Assembly: GCA_963674745.2 (NCBI GenBank) | Contig: CAXXDV010000003.1 | Span: forward strand, 2,048,001-2,112,000 | Direction of reading: 5' to 3' | DNA length: 64,000 nucleotides | From: Desulfosudaceae bacterium | GTDB taxonomy: Bacteria; Desulfobacterota; Desulfobacteria; Desulfobacterales; Desulfosudaceae | In this document: positions 60,608-64,000 of the stretch, piece by piece | How the letters are laid out: each line of letters starts with the position of its first letter | Numbering within the stretch: the stretch's first letter is position 1 | The notes under the pieces: model-generated | Databases searched by the model: none | The model's input: the letters and a program-made list of their open reading frames with translations, nothing else | What the model was told of the DNA's origin: nothing | Made by a program: the position numbers and the translations under genes

Positions 60608-61097
60608 TCGTATTATTCCTGTTACCTGTTGAACGCAGCAAAGCGACACTCATGGCAGCCATGCCGTCTCCTCTGCCGATATATCCCAGTCCTTCGGTGG
60701 TAGTCGCCTTGATGTTGACACAATCTCCGCCGACATTCAATGCAGCGGCTATATTTTCCGCCATCATCTCGATAAACGGGGCCAGCCTGGGGGCCTGTGC
60801 CAATATGGTGGCATCGATATTAACGACAGCATAACCCCGGGCCCGGATTTTTTCGGCGGTCTTCTCCAGCAGACGGATGCTGAATATATCCTTGAAATCC
60901 GGATCGGTATCCGGGAAATGCCGGCCGATATCACCCAGACCGGCGGCGCCCAGCAGGGCGTCACACACGGCATGCACCAGCACATCGGCATCTGAGTGGC
61001 CTTCCAGCCCTTTTTCAAAGGGAACGGTCACCCCGCCCAGAATCAATTTTCGACCGGCCACCAGCCGGTGCACATCATATCCCGTGCCGATACGCAT
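60588..61097 (-). CDS. ispF: 2-C-methyl-D-erythritol 2,4-cyclodiphosphate synthase
   Basis: [37 protein letters not shown]. Confidence 0.98.
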   Translation of the reverse strand: MRIGTGYDVHRLVAGRKLILGGVTVPFEKGLEGHSDADVLVHAVCDALLGAAGLGDIGRHFPDTDPDFKDIFSIRLLEKTAEKIRARGYAVVNIDATILAQAPRLAPFIEMMAENIAAALNVGGDCVNIKATTTEGLGYIGRGDGMAAMSVALLRSTGNRNNTNDDPDL

Positions 61098-61115
61098 AAA
61101 AACTCCCTGACGGTA

Positions 61116-62804
61116 TCAGGCCTGCTGTTTCCCGTCCAGTTCCTGCTCCGAATATTTCTGATAAAGCCTGTCTTCCACGAACAAATCGTATATATCGGGG
61201 TCAATGTGACCGTCTTTTTTCATAAAGCCCAGTATTTTCAATGCCTGGGAAATGCTCATCGGCCCCTTGTAGGGACGGTCCTGGGCGGTCAAGGCTTCAA
61301 ACACATCGGCAATAGCGATGATCCGGCTCTGAATGGGAATATCTTCGGCCTTCAATCCCAATGGATATCCCGAACCATCCATTTTTTCATGATGGCCGGC
61401 GGCGAATTCGGGAACCCGTGACAGGCGTTCCGGAAAAGGCAGTTCCCGGGTAATGCGGCGGGTCATTTCAGCATGATGTTCGATGATCTTCCGTTCGCTC
61501 GAAAGCAGGTTGCCACGGATGATACTCAAGCATTCCGCCTCTTCAGGTGACAGGTAAGACTGTTCTTGACCGTCAAGCCGGAAGATTTTTTCCGCGATTG
61601 ACCTGACCTGGATCACGGTGTCTTCATCCGCCTGCTGTTTGTCGGCATTAATACGCCTCAACAGATCCAGTTCATCCCTCAAGGCGGCTGTTTTCCCCTC
61701 CAGTTCCGTGTTGAGTTGATCCAGTTTCCCCTGCTGCCCGGGATTGATTTCTCCGGATTGAAGAATGTCAATTTTACGTTTCAGATATTCATTTTCAAAC
61801 GACTTGTGAATAAGTGCGAAGCGGGTCTCAAGCAGTTCGATCCGATCAAAAATCCCTTCCAGTTTGTTGGTTTTACTGAGCAGATGTTCGGGCGTGGTGA
61901 TTTTACCGATGTCATGCATCCAGGCGGCAATCCGCAGTTCTTCCATTTCATCGGGCGTGAAGCAGACGTCCTTGAAACACTCACGGTCCGACTCGTTTAT
62001 GGCCCGGGCGATATCCATGGTCAACGTCACCACCCGGGCAATGTGTCCGCCCGTAAACGGTGATTTCTCATCAATGGCCGTGGCAATGCTCCGGATAAAA
62101 GAATCGAACAGTTTCTGCAGGTCTTCGATCAGCCGGGCATTGGTCAGTGCCACCGCCGCCTGGGAAGCCAGGGAAGCCACCAGGTCGACATTTTCAGGCA
62201 GAAAAGAAACCACCTGGCCGGATTCGGTATCGGTAGCGTTCAACAACTGCAACACACCGATAATGCGGTTTTCGTGGTCCGCCATGGGAATGACCAGCAT
62301 GGATTGAGAGCGATATCCGGTGGCGCTGTCATATTTACGGGTACCGGAAAACTCGAACTCACTGGCTTCATAAACATCGGCAAAGGCAATGCGTTTACCG
62401 GTCAGGGCGACATATGAAGAGACATTGGCATAGTTGGGATGACCGTCATCATCGTAAAGCGGTACACTGGGCAGGTCATCAATGTTCTCACCGCTGATGC
62501 CGCCCTTGCGGATATTCATGGTATCATTCTGCAGGATCTGAAACCGCAGACAGTTTTCCTTTTTATCGAGAATGTAAAGGGTTCCGGCGTCGGCACTGGC
62601 AATGGTACGGGCCTCGTCCACAATCATTTCAAGAAGCCGCTCGATATTTTTTTCGCCGGACAGGGCCAGGCCGATATGGGTCAGGTTACTGATGCGATCC
62701 AGCTGGTATTCGGCGTAGGACTTGACTTCCCGAACCACTTTTTCCAGCATCCGGCCCAGTTTTTTATCGTCGGTAACGCTCTCGATTTGTTTTTTTTCTG
62801 CCAT
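61116..62804 (-). CDS. GAF domain HD-GYP phosphodiesterase
   Basis: GAF (DAGTLY...SMLVIPM...GVLQL), AWMHDIGK, HHEKMDGSGYP, ADVFEALTAQDRPYK. Start at 62804 inferred. Confidence 0.92.
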   Translation of the reverse strand: MAEKKQIESVTDDKKLGRMLEKVVREVKSYAEYQLDRISNLTHIGLALSGEKNIERLLEMIVDEARTIASADAGTLYILDKKENCLRFQILQNDTMNIRKGGISGENIDDLPSVPLYDDDGHPNYANVSSYVALTGKRIAFADVYEASEFEFSGTRKYDSATGYRSQSMLVIPMADHENRIIGVLQLLNATDTESGQVVSFLPENVDLVASLASQAAVALTNARLIEDLQKLFDSFIRSIATAIDEKSPFTGGHIARVVTLTMDIARAINESDRECFKDVCFTPDEMEELRIAAWMHDIGKITTPEHLLSKTNKLEGIFDRIELLETRFALIHKSFENEYLKRKIDILQSGEINPGQQGKLDQLNTELEGKTAALRDELDLLRRINADKQQADEDTVIQVRSIAEKIFRLDGQEQSYLSPEEAECLSIIRGNLLSSERKIIEHHAEMTRRITRELPFPERLSRVPEFAAGHHEKMDGSGYPLGLKAEDIPIQSRIIAIADVFEALTAQDRPYKGPMSISQALKILGFMKKDGHIDPDIYDLFVEDRLYQKYSEQELDGKQQA

Positions 62805-63017
62805 TTTAATTCCTTTTACCATGGCGCCATCCCGTCGGCAACCACAAAAAAAGGGACTGCTTGATATTACTTTTGGAATCGGGCATAAAGAAAACCGGTT
62901 ATGTTTCAGTTTGTTGAACCGGTATTGACACCCGGCTTCGATATCGCTATAAATATATAACCAGAACAATATGTTATCATAATTTCACACTCCAAAAACC
63001 AAGGAAACGTAAACAAT

Positions 63018-64000
63018 ATGGCCAGTAAAGACAACCCAGACCACGAACCGTTACGTCCCGAACTGAATGAACTGATCAACCGGCTTGCTTACGGGCTGGA
63101 TGAAAATCGCCCTGAAGCGGTCGCCAAACGACGGCAAAAAAACCAGCGGACCGCCCGTGCCAATGTCAGCACCCTGTGTGATCCGGACAGCTTTATTGAA
63201 TACGGCGCCCTGGCGGTTGCCGCCCAGCGAGGCAGACGATCAGAAGAAGATCTGATCAGCAAAACACCGGCCGACGGCATGATTGCGGGGGTGGGGTCGG
63301 TCAACGGCAAACTGTTTAAGACAACGGCCTCCCGCTGCATGGTCCTGGCGTATGATTATACCGTACTGGCCGGTACGCAAGGATTTTTCAATCATAAAAA
63401 GATCGACCGCATGCTGAAACTCGCCCATGAGCAGCGCCTTCCCCTGGTATTGTTCGCCGAAGGGGGCGGCGGCCGTCCGGGCGATGTAGATGCCATCGGC
63501 ATCATGACGGCCGGATTGGATTTGTCCACCTTCGCCTCCTTTGCCGGATTAAGCGGACGGGTACCACTGATCGGCGTTGTCTCAGGCCCCTGTTTTGCCG
63601 GTAACGCCGCCCTGCTGGGCTGTTGCGATGTGATTATCGCCACTGAAAACGCCAATATCGGCATGGGCGGACCGGTCATGATCGAAGGCGGTGGGCTGGG
63701 GACGTTTACGCCCCGGGAAATCGGCCCCATCGAGGTGCAGACGAAAAACGGTGTGGTCGATATTGTCGTGGCCGACGATGTTGAAGCGGTCACAGCAGCC
63801 GCACAATATCTCTCCTATTTCCAGGGCACGACCAGCCAGTGGGAAGCCGATGACCAGACCCTGCTGCGAGACCTGATTCCGGAAAACAGAAAGCAGCCCT
63901 ATGATGTACGAAACGTCATTACCACTCTGGCGGACAAGGGCTCCTTTCTGGAGCTGCGTTCAGCGTTCGGCCCCGGTATGGTCACGGGATTGATTCGCGT
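63018..64000 (+). CDS. Acyl-CoA carboxylase carboxyltransferase domain protein (3' end outside the window)
   Basis: MASKDNP...RTARANV...DSFIEYG, TPADG, YDYTVLAGTQG, FAEGGGGRPGD, CFAGNA, GMGGP; open to the window end. Confidence 0.9.
   Translation, partial: MASKDNPDHEPLRPELNELINRLAYGLDENRPEAVAKRRQKNQRTARANVSTLCDPDSFIEYGALAVAAQRGRRSEEDLISKTPADGMIAGVGSVNGKLFKTTASRCMVLAYDYTVLAGTQGFFNHKKIDRMLKLAHEQRLPLVLFAEGGGGRPGDVDAIGIMTAGLDLSTFASFAGLSGRVPLIGVVSGPCFAGNAALLGCCDVIIATENANIGMGGPVMIEGGGLGTFTPREIGPIEVQTKNGVVDIVVADDVEAVTAAAQYLSYFQGTTSQWEADDQTLLRDLIPENRKQPYDVRNVITTLADKGSFLELRSAFGPGMVTGLIR

Overview
Bacterial chromosomal window, most consistent with an anaerobic Desulfobacterota (Desulfobacterales-like) organism. 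This rests on the Hdr/MvhD genes, sigma-54 activators, and a 'KPTYEELEQ' N-terminus on a PAS-GGDEF-EAL protein. Contents in order: (1) A minus-strand, sigma-54-driven redox operon (9300 to <1) with two FAD-linked oxidases (one broken by two homopolymer frameshifts), a CCG Fe-S protein, EtfAB, a membrane protein, a ferredoxin and a Tat-signal AprA/SdhA-family flavoprotein. (2) Two convergent sigma-54 activators. (3) A sigma-54-driven heterodisulfide-reductase operon (13.6-28.8 kb): response regulator, HdrL-type HdrA, MvhD, FrhB/FdhB-like, tandem HdrA, HdrC, HdrB, USP protein and two histidine kinases. The standout is an intact phospho-receiver (REC) domain inserted inside the second HdrA, with a ~69% identical twin REC inserted between the two halves of the USP protein. 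This suggests a kinase-gated Hdr electron-transfer complex. (4) An AT-rich OpgB-GDPD fusion and a hybrid kinase. (5) A sigma-factor-less partner-switching (STAS/RsbW/PP2C) cluster co-oriented with an ABC importer, divergent from a PAS-fused MacAB-type exporter. (6) Housekeeping and other genes: hup, GGDEF-EAL, SGNH hydrolase, MBL hydrolase, acyl-CoA ligase, cysS, ispF, HD-GYP, carboxyltransferase. No rRNA, tRNA, CRISPR array or intact transposase was recognised. All calls come from motif recognition by eye; no database searches were run.
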